Source of the DNA: a virus
Lineage: Duplodnaviria > Caudoviricetes
IMG/VR virus record: IMGVR_UViG_3300035128_000044
Span: 1-51,215 of that record
Strand: one strand, 5' to 3'
Length of the DNA: 51,215 nt
A program made the translations under genes and the position numbers. Of this stretch, positions 1-10,904 are shown in pieces. The notes under the pieces are model-generated. The model was not told the DNA's origin, searched no databases, and was given only the letters and a program-made list of their open reading frames with translations. Numbering within the stretch: the stretch's first letter is position 1; each line of letters starts with the position of its first letter.

Positions 1-140
1 TGTCTAAAAAGGAAAAAACTTGTGACAAATGTAAAGTAGATGGCTATTGCTTGTACCAGGAATTTGACCTTGCAGAAGGCTGTAAAATAGTTATAGCCGA
101 TAAGGAAAAACAGGATAAAGAAGATGAGCCACTGGATTGA
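1..140 (+). CDS. Small Cys-rich hypothetical protein, start codon clipped at window edge
   Basis: Frame 3 reads (M)SKKEKTCDKCKVDGYCLYQEFDLAEGCK...EPLD*, overlapping the terminase start. Confidence 0.55.
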   Translation, partial: SKKEKTCDKCKVDGYCLYQEFDLAEGCKIVIADKEKQDKEDEPLD

Positions 141-2004
141 CAAATATCGAGATTTTAATAATCCATATTGGCCGCTTCCTTTGGATTATTCCGAGTTAAG
201 TTTGGACGGTCAGCGACAGGCCCGTTTAGGTGTTCTAACCAGAAGAAAAACTTTTTTGGATTTTGTTGTTGGTTGGTATTTCTTTCGCAATGTTTACCTA
301 AAAGGGGATAAAGAAACTTATTTCTACAAGGAAGGCCAATTGGAGTCTCCCGATTTTCACTACGATATGGAATGGGACATAGCCAAGTTTGCTAAGAATG
401 CCTACGCGGCTCCGAGAGGTAGTGCCAAATCAACGGTTATCACAGTTGAGAATACTTTGTATATGAGTCTCTGCGATGCACCAATTGATATAGGCTTATA
501 TTTTTCTACTGATAAGCAGAAGGACCCACGTTTTGACACCTTCATGTCCCAGTTGACTAATAATAAATTAATCATAGACGACTTTGGAATTCAAAAGCCC
601 AAACGAGGAACTGCTACTTGGAATCACTCCTATCTCCAATTACTAAATGGTTCTACTATCTCTGGTAGCAGTGTAATGGGAAAGGTTAGGGGTGGTCGTC
701 CAAGATTTCTTGTTCTCGATGATCCAGAGAATGACCCCGATAGTCCATCCGAGACAGCCAGACAGATTCTTATGGAGAAGTTTGAAACTATCCTCTTTAA
801 GAAACTTATCCCTATGCTTAATCCTGGCTCGATGATGTTTTGGATTGGAACATTAATTGATCGTAAATCTGCTTTGTATAGAGCCGTCCAAGGGGATGAC
901 CCCCGCTTCGATTATTGGAACAGAAAAGTTATTCGAGCTATTGCTTATGACCCTGATGACAAATCCAAATTTACCCTACTATGGCCGGAGAAATGGTCCA
1001 AAGATTACCTTGATGAGCAAAAAGGAGTTATAGGTGCTTCGGCTTTCGCGTCTGAATATTGCAATGAACCTATTTCAGAACAAGATAGAATCCTGAAAGT
1101 TGATGAACGTAAAAATGAATATACTGTTGAAGGAGATTTCGATTGGACTAATCCTCTTGCCAACACAAATAAAGTAAAATGGTGTGAAAGAGTTTTTGGA
1201 GATGAAAATGACCACAGAACCTATGAAGAAAAAGAAAAGCCGTTCAACGAGCTTGTTGGACCAATGTTTAAGTTCTTACTCTTTGACAAAGCACACGGGC
1301 TTACAAACAATCACGATTACTCGTGCATCGCTATCTGCGGGATCGATACTTTGGCGACTCTCTGGGTCCTGCACTTATGGCTCGGACGGGCCAAGGACGA
1401 TACTCTCATGCGGCTCATCTACGAATACGGGCTGGCTTGGCAGGTTCGGATTTTAGGAATTGAGTCGGTCTCTATACAAAAAACATTTGCGGAGGCTCTT
1501 ACTGAGTATATGCTGGAGCAGGGGGATATTAGAAATGACAAATGGAGAGGTCGCGTATTTCCTATTACATATCCAGCTAAGGAATCAAAGGCAGATAGGA
1601 TTGCTTCTTCTGAATGGAGATTTAACTCCGGTCGAATAAAGTATCCGGCACATCTTCAAGATAAATGGCCTTACAACCAATTATATGCTCAAACTGCTGA
1701 TTTTACTTTGGATTTAGCTTTGCTACAACATGACGATGCTATTGATACCATTTTAGGTATGCCCAAATATGTAATAAAGACTAAAGGTGGTAGATTCAAA
1801 AGGGAAAGAGGAAAAGATACTATTGAAGAAAAAATAAAACGTGGGGAGCAGTTTCATAATGGTCTTCCTATTCTTTCCGGGATTCCTCTAAATAAAATTA
1901 CTGATGAAATGACAAATATAATGGCTCACAAGGCCAGGGAACGTCAAAAGCGTCCAGATAACCGTAGGTTAGAAAGAAGAAATATACGAATCGTAAGACC
2001 ATAA
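124..2004 (+). CDS. terL: Terminase large subunit
   Basis: Walker A-like APRGSAKST, Walker B LVLDD, GGRP, LLWPEKW, SEYCNEP, nuclease DYSCI and HDDAID. Confidence 0.93.
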   Translation: MSHWIDKYRDFNNPYWPLPLDYSELSLDGQRQARLGVLTRRKTFLDFVVGWYFFRNVYLKGDKETYFYKEGQLESPDFHYDMEWDIAKFAKNAYAAPRGSAKSTVITVENTLYMSLCDAPIDIGLYFSTDKQKDPRFDTFMSQLTNNKLIIDDFGIQKPKRGTATWNHSYLQLLNGSTISGSSVMGKVRGGRPRFLVLDDPENDPDSPSETARQILMEKFETILFKKLIPMLNPGSMMFWIGTLIDRKSALYRAVQGDDPRFDYWNRKVIRAIAYDPDDKSKFTLLWPEKWSKDYLDEQKGVIGASAFASEYCNEPISEQDRILKVDERKNEYTVEGDFDWTNPLANTNKVKWCERVFGDENDHRTYEEKEKPFNELVGPMFKFLLFDKAHGLTNNHDYSCIAICGIDTLATLWVLHLWLGRAKDDTLMRLIYEYGLAWQVRILGIESVSIQKTFAEALTEYMLEQGDIRNDKWRGRVFPITYPAKESKADRIASSEWRFNSGRIKYPAHLQDKWPYNQLYAQTADFTLDLALLQHDDAIDTILGMPKYVIKTKGGRFKRERGKDTIEEKIKRGEQFHNGLPILSGIPLNKITDEMTNIMAHKARERQKRPDNRRLERRNIRIVRP

Positions 2005-2007
2005 TGG

Positions 2008-2036
2008 TTGAATTATTTTTAATTTTATGTTACAAT
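2008..2036 (+). promoter_or_regulatory. Sigma70-type promoter
   Basis: TTGAAT-N17-TACAAT with TG extension, upstream of a GAAAGG RBS. Confidence 0.6.
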
Positions 2037-2061
2037 TAGAGAATGAGAAAGGACTACCTTT

Positions 2062-2358
2062 ATGTTTGATTGGGTTATTTATGCGATAATTGTGGTTGCA
2101 ATTTGTGTTACAGGTATGGTTATGATGCTTGCTTCGTTAGTAAGAGAGACTTGTAACCGATTAACTAAAACCAATGAACAACTTATGATATTGATTTCTA
2201 CTCGTAGTGGTAATGAAGCTGGGGCCAGAGCTTTAGTAGCCTCCGCAAGGTTGCCTCGTGGTAATTTATCAGGGGTTGTAAAACAGGAAAGCAAAAAAGA
2301 GGTAGAAAAGGAAAAAGAAAAACTGGGTGTTAGCTTTACAAAAGGTTATGGATTATGA
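2062..2358 (+). CDS. Small membrane protein
   Basis: N-terminal hydrophobic helix, GAAAGG RBS. Confidence 0.7.
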   Translation: MFDWVIYAIIVVAICVTGMVMMLASLVRETCNRLTKTNEQLMILISTRSGNEAGARALVASARLPRGNLSGVVKQESKKEVEKEKEKLGVSFTKGYGL

Positions 2359-2897
2359 TTATTGATGGAATAAAACTTAAAGTTCATTCAGTTTACACTA
2401 ATTATGCCATTAGTAAATGTGGCAAGGTTTATGCTTTGCCAAGATTAACTCCACATGGTCATTATCGAAAAGGTCATTGGATGGCCCTAAATAGGATAAA
2501 TAAATATGGCCATTTAGATGTCCAATTATACATCCAAGGAAAAATAATTCATAAGTTGGTACATAGGCTCGTGTTGGAGACTTTTGTTGGCCCATGCCCA
2601 AAAGGAATGGAATGTCGTCACTTGGATGGAAATCCATCAAATAATAACTTAGATAATTTGAAGTGGGGAACCAAATCCGAAAATACCTATGATGCAGTAA
2701 GACATGGTACATTTTCCGGGTTGATTAAAGGAGATAAGAGGTCTAACGCTATCTTAACAGACAATAAGGTTAGAATCATAAAATATTTACGAAACATAGC
2801 TAAGTTTTCCTTGAAAGATGTTGCTTGGCAGTTCGATATTTCAATTCAACATGTACATAATATTTGTAAAGGTTATATTTGGAGCCACGTAACATGA
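2355..2897 (+). CDS. NUMOD4/HNH homing endonuclease
   Basis: YAISKCGKV, VHRLVLETFVGPCP, CRHLDGNPSNNNLDNLKWGTKSEN, C-terminal HTH-like tail. Confidence 0.9.
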   Translation: MIIDGIKLKVHSVYTNYAISKCGKVYALPRLTPHGHYRKGHWMALNRINKYGHLDVQLYIQGKIIHKLVHRLVLETFVGPCPKGMECRHLDGNPSNNNLDNLKWGTKSENTYDAVRHGTFSGLIKGDKRSNAILTDNKVRIIKYLRNIAKFSLKDVAWQFDISIQHVHNICKGYIWSHVT

Positions 2898-4909
2898 GTT
2901 ACACATATAAGTTGCCCAAGAATAAGGACGAAGCTTCTGAGGCTGTTGCTCATATTATATCCGAGGGACGTAGCAGGAGAAATCCAGAAAGTGTTAAATG
3001 GTTTATAGCACAGTATTATATGTCTGGGTTGCGTGAATTTACAAAAGTTGACTATACATCGGGAACAGTTACAATATCCTATCTTAATGAGCCCGGACTT
3101 CTTAAATTAAGATATGAGGACATAGTAGCCAAATATACAACCCAGCTTGGACGTTTACTTGCTATTGACATTTCTCCTAAAGTTTCCAAAAAAGGAGTTA
3201 GTTTAGACGGTGTTAGAAAATCCAGTATAGGGCAAGTAGTTCTTGATGAAGCTATTCCACAGGATAAAGTTGATAAACTTAAACTCGATATGGCTCCTCC
3301 TATTTTAATGTACGGAACTATAGGACTTGGGTTATGGGTTGAAGGTCCAGATAGTCACGGAATTGAAGTTATAATGCCTTGGGAACTTCTTCCTATTCCA
3401 GTTGATATAGCCGGACCAACCGATGTACGTGGGCTTATAAGAATGAGGTACGTTCCTTTGGAATGGTTAAAAGGTTTAGCTATTACTCCAAATGGTTCAA
3501 AATCCTATGTAGGTCTTAATGATATAGAGATTCCAAGCGGTGAAATGCCTATGGATATGGATTCATGGGGAGAGGGCATGATTACCCAGTCTGCTAACGG
3601 CGGTGGATTTTTCGTTAAAAATACTACCAAGGACGATGGTATGGCGAGTGGGTCTAAGAAAACTAAGAATCTTAAAAATGTTCCTGTAACTTTACTTGTA
3701 GAGGTTTGGACCGAAACGAGTGATGGTTATTTAGCAGAATACGCAATTTACGCTGGTATGACTAAATTCAAAGAACTCTATCGTTATGACCATACAAGTG
3801 CTAAATATCCTATGCCAACAAGAATAGTTCGAGGGACTACAGTTGGTAGTTTCTGGGGACGTTCTTTCGTTGACCAAATGATCCCCCTAAATAATGAACT
3901 TGAAATAGCTTTATCAAGTGTTTTCCAATCAGTAGCAGACTTCGATTTATATGGTTTACAAATGTGGCCTACTACTCTGGGAACTCCTCCACAGGCTCAT
4001 AGGGGGCAAGATGGTATCAAAAGAATAACTTTTGAACCCGATTATACCTGTCCAGATTTGAAACCATTTAATATTCAACCGGCCAAAATGACCGCTCCTC
4101 AATTGAAAGCATTAGAAATTGCTTCTGCTTTGATGGATAAGATTGCAAATCAACCCGCTGGATTAACAAGAGGGGAGGCTCCCGGACGTGTTGATAGTGG
4201 CCCCGCTATGGGTATGTTGATGGAAGCCTCAAGTATTCCCTTGTCTCCTGTTGCTAAAAATATAGCTATGGCTATGTCCGGTGAATATCGAGCTTTGTTA
4301 AGAATTTTGAAAGATAACTGGACTGACCAAAAAGTTGTAAGTATAACCAACCTCGATGACTCTCTCGCCGGTATCGTTTTGGATACAGATTCGGGAACTA
4401 TGCAACTATCACAAAATGCAATACCTTATCCCGATGAAGTTCTGGTAACAATCATGTCCGAAAGACCTGTCTCGATGGAACAACAAAAGGCAGAACTAAA
4501 GGAGGCATTTAAGGAAGGTAGAATAACACTTGATGAATTTAATTTCGAAGTTCGTAAAAGAGGTTTGGATATTCCTGTTGGGGATGAAATTGGTTGGCAG
4601 AACTACCGACGAGCTATGCTGGAAAATATAATTCTATTTGGAGATGGTAAAACGCCGGGAGAAGGTGTTATAGTTGGACCAGCCGATTTGCACCGAATAC
4701 ACTTAATGGTACTCCAAGCTTTCGTTGCAAGGCCAGAATTCTTTGTAGCCTCGCAGGAAGTACGTGATAAGTTCTATAAACATATAGATGAACACAAAGC
4801 TCAGATGGGTGATTTTCCCGATCAGCTTCCATATCCTGAGGAAACCGCGGAAGCTTCTCTTGGAATGATGGGCGGTGAAGGTGGAATGCCTCAATTGCCA
4901 ATGCAATAA
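2894..4909 (+). CDS. Portal protein
   Basis: About 670 aa between terminase and scaffold; MYGTIG, FWGRSFV, GRVDSGPAMGML portal-like segments; start likely MSYTYK. Confidence 0.8.
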   Translation: MSYTYKLPKNKDEASEAVAHIISEGRSRRNPESVKWFIAQYYMSGLREFTKVDYTSGTVTISYLNEPGLLKLRYEDIVAKYTTQLGRLLAIDISPKVSKKGVSLDGVRKSSIGQVVLDEAIPQDKVDKLKLDMAPPILMYGTIGLGLWVEGPDSHGIEVIMPWELLPIPVDIAGPTDVRGLIRMRYVPLEWLKGLAITPNGSKSYVGLNDIEIPSGEMPMDMDSWGEGMITQSANGGGFFVKNTTKDDGMASGSKKTKNLKNVPVTLLVEVWTETSDGYLAEYAIYAGMTKFKELYRYDHTSAKYPMPTRIVRGTTVGSFWGRSFVDQMIPLNNELEIALSSVFQSVADFDLYGLQMWPTTLGTPPQAHRGQDGIKRITFEPDYTCPDLKPFNIQPAKMTAPQLKALEIASALMDKIANQPAGLTRGEAPGRVDSGPAMGMLMEASSIPLSPVAKNIAMAMSGEYRALLRILKDNWTDQKVVSITNLDDSLAGIVLDTDSGTMQLSQNAIPYPDEVLVTIMSERPVSMEQQKAELKEAFKEGRITLDEFNFEVRKRGLDIPVGDEIGWQNYRRAMLENIILFGDGKTPGEGVIVGPADLHRIHLMVLQAFVARPEFFVASQEVRDKFYKHIDEHKAQMGDFPDQLPYPEETAEASLGMMGGEGGMPQLPMQ

Positions 4910-4951
4910 AACTAAAAAATCAATATAATAACCTGTTTGAAAGGAAAAGTA

Positions 4952-5989
4952 ATGTTCAAAAAAATGTGGAATAAATTCGGATTTTATAACCATAACGCAA
5001 GATTTTTTGCGGACGATGACGGTAGTGGTGTGGGTGACCCCGGTGTAGATGGTGGAAATGTAGGTGATGGACAAGGCGGCGGTGCTGGTGATACCGGTAA
5101 TAACAATAATAATGATAATAGCAATAATAACGACCAGAATCAGGGCAAGACCCCCTTCATGGAAATCACAGTTGATGGGGAAACACGACAATTAACTAAA
5201 GAAGAAGCTATCGCGTTATCCCAAAAAGCAGCCGGAGCAGAGAAAAAATTCCAAGAAGCCGCCGAAATGAGAAAACAAGCTCAGAATGGTTTACGAATCC
5301 AGGAATTATACACACGATTTTCCGACCCTAACCATGAGCCTACAGATGTTGAGATAAAAGAATTTGCTTCATTTATGAATATTTCAGCCGAGGAACTTAT
5401 GAGTAAGATAGATGGAAACTCAGTAGGTAACGCGAACGACAATAAAGGTAGTAACAACCACCAAGCAGGTAATACTAATTTTGACTTTGATGCAGAGTTT
5501 CAAAAGAGGTTTGGGAAAAACCCTGCGGAGGTTGCAGCAGGACTTGCTTACACCGAAAAGCAACATATCGAAAATTTTAAGCTAAATTTGCGAAAAGAAT
5601 CCGATAATATGGTTGACAAAGATGAGATTTTTGGTAAAATAATAATAGACGAGGATGAGAAGATTTCTCAGTCTCGTCAAGAAGTCATTAAAGAAGAAGT
5701 TTATGACGAGGTTCTCAGCAAAATTAAAGATGGCATAGATAAACAAACCGCTTTGACCGAGGCTATCCAAAAGGTACGCTCTCGTATCTCACGGTTTGGT
5801 ATATCCAGTAAGCCGGGACAATATCCTGTTACGTTAGGACTTGTTCCAGGACAGAGCTTGCCTACCGAGGTTACGTCTGAAAAGCCAATTGAAAGGGTTG
5901 ATGCTTCTGATGACAACGCAGAGACGAATTTTGTTAATAGATACCTGCAAAAGGGTATCAGTGCTCTGAGGTCAAAAGTTAAGAAATAA
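4952..5989 (+). CDS. Capsid scaffolding protein
   Basis: Located before the capsid gene; acidic/Gly/Asn-rich N-terminus, ITVDGETRQLTKEEAIALSQKAAGAEKKFQEAAE coiled segment; GAAAGG RBS before ATG 4952. Confidence 0.8.
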   Translation: MFKKMWNKFGFYNHNARFFADDDGSGVGDPGVDGGNVGDGQGGGAGDTGNNNNNDNSNNNDQNQGKTPFMEITVDGETRQLTKEEAIALSQKAAGAEKKFQEAAEMRKQAQNGLRIQELYTRFSDPNHEPTDVEIKEFASFMNISAEELMSKIDGNSVGNANDNKGSNNHQAGNTNFDFDAEFQKRFGKNPAEVAAGLAYTEKQHIENFKLNLRKESDNMVDKDEIFGKIIIDEDEKISQSRQEVIKEEVYDEVLSKIKDGIDKQTALTEAIQKVRSRISRFGISSKPGQYPVTLGLVPGQSLPTEVTSEKPIERVDASDDNAETNFVNRYLQKGISALRSKVKK

Positions 5990-6085
5990 ACCCATTTAAT
6001 TGTTTCCTTGTCGCTTTATACATTAGGAAGTTGAATTGTTCAATTTCCACAGAATTAAAAAAGTATATAGTGAAAGGTTACTGCA

Positions 6086-7657
6086 ATGACACAAGCGGTA
6101 GATTTACTTAGTGATATTGTCCGAGAGGAGCTTCCGCAGATGTTAATCGACATCGAGCCTACAGTTGCTCCTATGTTCTCCGAGATAAAGAGAACATCTA
6201 TGGGTGTAAAATCCCAAGAAGGTCTCGGTAAAGGCTATCAAGTTATTCATATCTATAATACTGGTTCCAGTGGTGCTTTGGAAAGTGGTGATCCACTTGG
6301 CCCTGGCATGACCTCTATTTCCGGCAACCAAGCTCAGCTTCTTGCTCTTGGTGATGCTGCTACAAATCAGGCTATTTTTCCAAAAGCTCAGGAAGTTCCT
6401 CACACAGGAGAGGTAAAAAGAACCCTTACTTTACATAAAGTAAATGGTAACTATAGTATTCCTGTAGCTTGGAAACAACTGGAAACTCTTAATGCGGCTC
6501 AGTTGGGTAAGGTCTTCCGTGATTTGAAGGCCGTTGCCAAACAAAAAGCCATTTATGAAGCCTCCAGCTTCTTTTCTCATTCTGTAACAAACAGTGCTGG
6601 TTACCCAAGTCAAGTTCTTGGTAGTATTTCTGCTATTGCAGAACATTCTTCTTGGACAGACTATATTGTAATAACACTGGATGAACAGTATGGAAGAATC
6701 GCCAACTTTATCAAAGGCCAAAAAGTTGATATTGTAGCCGATAGTTCTGGTACATTACAATCTGGTACGGCAACCGATGGAACAGATGTAAGAAATTATG
6801 CTACTTCGACCGCAAATTATATTATGCTTATCGTGGTTGATGTCGATTATCTTGGCAAGAAAATTACACTTCGTCCGGTTGATACTGGTACAGGGGGTTT
6901 GCCCGATTTTACGGCTGGTTACAGAACTGGTGGTGAAACACCCGGTGCGGCTGGTGATTGGATTTGTGCTGCAAATTCGACTATTTATACTTCTGGTGCT
7001 CGTCCTCAATATAGTTGGGGTTTGAACGATTGGGTAAAATCCTCTGGTCAAATTCTTGGTGGTGCTGATGGTGCTTCTGGTCTTGATTTGGACCTTTACA
7101 GTATGTTCAAAAGCCAAGTTGTTTCGGTTAATGCTTCATTAACAGACGACATAATTAATGCCTATATCGGTGGTTATCTGGATGCTTATCCAGGTGAAAC
7201 TCTCGATACAATTATAACGACTCAGGGTGTTCAACAGCAGTGGCTAAAACAATCCAGTCTTTATAATAATCGACAGAATTATGACCGCACAGGGAAATCC
7301 TTGAAATTCAAGGGTGGATGGACTTCCGTAGAATATGAATTCGGTGGAAGGAAATTCAACTGGGTTATAAGTCCAATGTGTTTGAGTAAAACACTTTACG
7401 GGCTTAAATTCAAAGGTAATAACCTGAAAAGATATGCTCCTCCGAAAATTGGTGGAACTTCGGAAATGATGGGTCCAGACCTTAACTTCCTTGCTCCACT
7501 TGCAGGACATAATGGAGTATTTATGGGTGTATCGGATAGTAATGGAAGACCTTTGGACTTGCTTCAAGCTCCATTCTGGTATTACGACCTCATCTGTCCA
7601 GAAGACCCGAGAGGTCTCAAATTCACCGGCCTAACTGAGGCCACAATGACGGTTTAA
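6086..7657 (+). CDS. Major capsid protein
   Basis: 523 aa after the scaffold; strong RBS; HK97-like layout (GLNDWV, IITTQGV, KGGWTSVEY); followed by a terminator-like stem. Confidence 0.82.
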   Translation: MTQAVDLLSDIVREELPQMLIDIEPTVAPMFSEIKRTSMGVKSQEGLGKGYQVIHIYNTGSSGALESGDPLGPGMTSISGNQAQLLALGDAATNQAIFPKAQEVPHTGEVKRTLTLHKVNGNYSIPVAWKQLETLNAAQLGKVFRDLKAVAKQKAIYEASSFFSHSVTNSAGYPSQVLGSISAIAEHSSWTDYIVITLDEQYGRIANFIKGQKVDIVADSSGTLQSGTATDGTDVRNYATSTANYIMLIVVDVDYLGKKITLRPVDTGTGGLPDFTAGYRTGGETPGAAGDWICAANSTIYTSGARPQYSWGLNDWVKSSGQILGGADGASGLDLDLYSMFKSQVVSVNASLTDDIINAYIGGYLDAYPGETLDTIITTQGVQQQWLKQSSLYNNRQNYDRTGKSLKFKGGWTSVEYEFGGRKFNWVISPMCLSKTLYGLKFKGNNLKRYAPPKIGGTSEMMGPDLNFLAPLAGHNGVFMGVSDSNGRPLDLLQAPFWYYDLICPEDPRGLKFTGLTEATMTV

Positions 7658-7749
7658 GTTCTTTGAAAATTGATTGTAACAGGGAGGCAACTGTTATTTT
7701 TCTTTTCCTCTCTCTGGTTGGTTTTAGGTTCAAACGCCTCCCTGTTTTT
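7658..7749 (+). terminator. Long-loop terminator-like hairpin preceded by a boxA-like sequence
   Basis: GTTCTTTGAAAA at 7658; AACAGGGAGGC (7678-7688) pairs with GCCTCCCTGTT (7736-7746), then a T-run. Confidence 0.6.
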
Positions 7750-7825
7750 ATAAATTTCTACTTTTGTAGATTAGATAGCCAATTAATATTTGGTAGAATA
7801 GTTTAGTTAAGAAAGGATATGTAAT

Positions 7826-9622
7826 ATGGCTGCAACAGTCCCATTAAGACTCTCCGAAATGGTTCGTAAATATGGTTGGAATATACTTGCGTATCTTGCC
7901 AATCTTGGAATTAAAAACCTTGCGGAGGCTCAAATTTTATTTGTAGATGCAAATGCTACGGAAGCCTTGGATGCTGATGATAGTGTTCATGGTCATTCAA
8001 TAAAAACACCCCTCGCTACAGTTGATTATGCTATCGGTCTTTGTACTGCCAATGAGCGTTCTATTATTTTAGTCGCTCCGGGTCACTATGAAGATTTCGA
8101 TGATACTACAACTGGATTCGATGCAGATGTCGCCGGAATATCCATTATAGGAATGGGGGAAGGAAGTCTCCGTCCAAGATTTGATTTTAATCATGCTAAT
8201 TCAAAATGTATTATAGGTGCAGACGATATTACTTTGAAAAATCTTGTTTTCAGACCAAGTGTAACAGTTGTAGGAATCGGTTTGGATTTGGAAACTGGAA
8301 TTACTGGGTGTATCCTTGAAGATTTAGAATTTGCTATGGGGGAAGCCGGGGATGGCACAGATGAATTTGTTAAAGCTATTCATTTGACATCTGGAAATAA
8401 TGATACTGTAATGAAGAATGTTAAGATTTTCTCTCATGCAGATTGTGATGGAGCTACTCATGGAATCCATGTTGATGCTGCATCCCACAGACTAACATTT
8501 AATAATGTTATTATAGATGGTGCGTACACTAATGGTATCGCTGAGGACGCTGCTGGATTAAATCATATTATGGTCGGTTGCTCCGTTGATGTTGGAACAA
8601 CTAACTATGGTTTTAATGCAAGTTCTACTTTTGCCAAAAGAACTGGTAATCTTGATGCAGGAGCTTCCGAAGATACAGCAGAAAATCTCATTGGCCGTAA
8701 TGATAGTAATAATGCAGCCGATACTTCTGACGTAGTTGATAACAAAGATGGTTCTGTTCTTGAACGTCTTGAAGATATTAAAAATAGAGTTCAGGACCCC
8801 TCCGGCAGAACTGCTTCTGAATCTTTTTATGTTGACGCTGCTATTTCTTCCAGTGGAGACGGTTCTTCTTGGGAAAATGCTTTCAAGACAATAACAGAGG
8901 CTATAGCTGTTGCCACCACTGTTGGCGACAAGATTTTTGTAGCTCCCGGAGATTATGACGAAGATGCAACAGTTGCAGTAGCAACTAACGGTCTTCATAT
9001 TATTGGTCCCGGCCCTGAAACGCAGAACAAAGCAATGATTTATGGCAATGGTGGAGCTTACGATTTAATGACGATTAATGCCCACGAGGTAGTGATTGAT
9101 GGTATAGCTTTTTCTGATGCTAATGATAATTATGATGGTATTGTAATTGGAGGCTCCTCCGCAAGTTACAAAGTCACCATTCGTAATTGTCGTTTTGATG
9201 GCTGGGATGGTGAATATGGTATCCAAGCTGGTGCTGTTAATGATTGTCCTGATTTACTAATTGAAAATAATCTCTTCCGTAGTTGGAACACTGCTGCAAT
9301 TCAAGTAAACTGTACAAGGTCCTGCATCAGAAATAATATCTTCCATGTTGTTACGGATAAGATCGGCATTGAGCACGTTCCTGCTGGTGGTAATAGACCT
9401 GACAATGTTTATATTGATAACCTATTCAGTGGGGTTGCTAATGCTTCCACAACGGGTATCAAATTTACGGGTGCTCCCAGTAACGGTACTTGTATTACAG
9501 CAAGGAATTTATTTGCTGGGACATGGGACACTGTTATAACTCAGGTCGCCGCTTATGTTGGTATTAATAACTACCAAGGCAATGCCGATGGTGGGGTTTT
9601 AATAGACACCTGCTCAGGCTAA
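7826..9622 (+). CDS. Virion protein with two tandem right-handed beta-helix (pectin lyase-like) domains
   Basis: Two copies of the F.VDA...G.S...(PLAT/AFKT)...AI......I.VAPG.Y cap motif followed by parallel beta-helix repeats. Confidence 0.75.
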   Translation: MAATVPLRLSEMVRKYGWNILAYLANLGIKNLAEAQILFVDANATEALDADDSVHGHSIKTPLATVDYAIGLCTANERSIILVAPGHYEDFDDTTTGFDADVAGISIIGMGEGSLRPRFDFNHANSKCIIGADDITLKNLVFRPSVTVVGIGLDLETGITGCILEDLEFAMGEAGDGTDEFVKAIHLTSGNNDTVMKNVKIFSHADCDGATHGIHVDAASHRLTFNNVIIDGAYTNGIAEDAAGLNHIMVGCSVDVGTTNYGFNASSTFAKRTGNLDAGASEDTAENLIGRNDSNNAADTSDVVDNKDGSVLERLEDIKNRVQDPSGRTASESFYVDAAISSSGDGSSWENAFKTITEAIAVATTVGDKIFVAPGDYDEDATVAVATNGLHIIGPGPETQNKAMIYGNGGAYDLMTINAHEVVIDGIAFSDANDNYDGIVIGGSSASYKVTIRNCRFDGWDGEYGIQAGAVNDCPDLLIENNLFRSWNTAAIQVNCTRSCIRNNIFHVVTDKIGIEHVPAGGNRPDNVYIDNLFSGVANASTTGIKFTGAPSNGTCITARNLFAGTWDTVITQVAAYVGINNYQGNADGGVLIDTCSG

Positions 9623-9641
9623 TTAAATATATACAAATAGA

Positions 9642-9685
9642 AATAGGGGATGTCCCCAACCTACGGGACATCTTCTATTCTTTTT
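9642..9685 (+). terminator. Intrinsic terminator
   Basis: AATAGGGGATGTCCC...GGGACATCTTCTATT followed by CTTTTT. Confidence 0.7.
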
Positions 9686-9699
9686 AAGGATATTAAAAG

Positions 9700-10716
9700 A
9701 TGAATTATAAAGACAAACCAATTGATGGCTCCCCAACCAACCATACCAATGCTGGCTCAGCAGCTTTTACTCATTTGGAAGATTCCCCAGGCCCTAATAT
9801 GAGTTATTATATTGACGGGTTTGTTCTTACAGGAGGAGCAACTGCGGATGGTTTTTCTCTTATAAGAAGGTCTTCAATCAAGTTTGATGCAACGGGTGAA
9901 AAAATAGAAGTGGCGGATAACGCGGCTTTAGAACCTGTAACAGGAGATTTTGCAATTGAGTTTGGGATAAAAGCTGAATCAACGGCTGTTAGTATAAGTA
10001 AAATTATCCACAAAGACGATGGATCGGATGACGGTTATATTGTTGAAATAGACTCCGCAGGTAAATTAAAAGTCACTGTTGGAGACGGCACTGATACTGC
10101 TACTGTCACTACTATAAATCCTATCAATGATAATACGTGGCATCATGTAATAGTGAATATTGATGCTGGTTCTGAAACTGGATTAAAGATATACGTTGAT
10201 GGCAAATTGGCCGTCTCAGCCGGAGCCGATTTATCCGATGTTGACAGTATAACAGGTGGTGCAACTGTACTAACTATTGGAACTGGGGTTAATAGTAAGG
10301 TTTTCTACCTGAGTACCGTTGGTCTTTATAAAGGTCAAATATTATCTGCTTCCGAGATTGAAACTCGTAGTGCTTGTGGTGCTGGAAGTAAATTCAAAGG
10401 AAATGAGACTGGAATATCAGCCGCATGGAATCTTGACGAAGGAACTGGGACTACCGTATATGATTTGGTTGGTTCTAATGATGGAACTATCACTAATGCA
10501 ACTTGGAATGATGGGGAAGGTCTTCCTGTTGATGAACATACTCTAAAGAAAACAATAAAATACAATACTGGTGTTTTAACAACCAGTGGTGTAATAGGAA
10601 ATACAGTTGCTAAATTTCCTCATCCGATAAAGGTAGGTAGAAATAACCCTATCAGAATTGATGAGACGGATGGAGCTTTTGGTCTCCAATTATTTTGGTT
10701 CATAGATAAAGGTTAA
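9700..10716 (+). CDS. LamG/concanavalin A-like domain virion protein
   Basis: [47 protein letters not shown]. Confidence 0.8.
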   Translation: MNYKDKPIDGSPTNHTNAGSAAFTHLEDSPGPNMSYYIDGFVLTGGATADGFSLIRRSSIKFDATGEKIEVADNAALEPVTGDFAIEFGIKAESTAVSISKIIHKDDGSDDGYIVEIDSAGKLKVTVGDGTDTATVTTINPINDNTWHHVIVNIDAGSETGLKIYVDGKLAVSAGADLSDVDSITGGATVLTIGTGVNSKVFYLSTVGLYKGQILSASEIETRSACGAGSKFKGNETGISAAWNLDEGTGTTVYDLVGSNDGTITNATWNDGEGLPVDEHTLKKTIKYNTGVLTTSGVIGNTVAKFPHPIKVGRNNPIRIDETDGAFGLQLFWFIDKG

Positions 10717-10721
10717 GAGCT

Positions 10722-10904
10722 ATGAGTATAAAACGAACATTGTATGAACTTGCTATGGGCAAGAGAGCTTACCTTAAAAAAGGTAAAAAGAAAAAAGTTA
10801 AAACCGTAAGAACTAAAGCCGTAGAAAGCAGTGCCAAAAAGAATTATGGGGTTGATTTAACCGCAGAACTCGCGGCACTGAGAAAGAGAGGACAGGGAAA
10901 ATGA
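10722..10904 (+). CDS. Small basic protein
   Basis: Lys/Arg-rich 60 aa ORF, translationally coupled to the next gene. Confidence 0.6.
   Translation: MSIKRTLYELAMGKRAYLKKGKKKKVKTVRTKAVESSAKKNYGVDLTAELAALRKRGQGK

Noticed and set aside
2355-2897. HNH gene as part of a group I intron splitting terminase or portal
   Set aside because: It overlaps complete genes on both sides with no room for intron core RNA, so it is a free-standing endonuclease
5090-5135. AAT/AAC microsatellite-like run
   Set aside because: It encodes the poly-Asn low-complexity linker of the scaffold
7645-7830. T7-like -1 frameshift fusing the capsid to the downstream beta-helix protein
   Set aside because: The -1 frame after G GTT TAA stops at about 7804, before the next gene, and crosses a terminator-like stem
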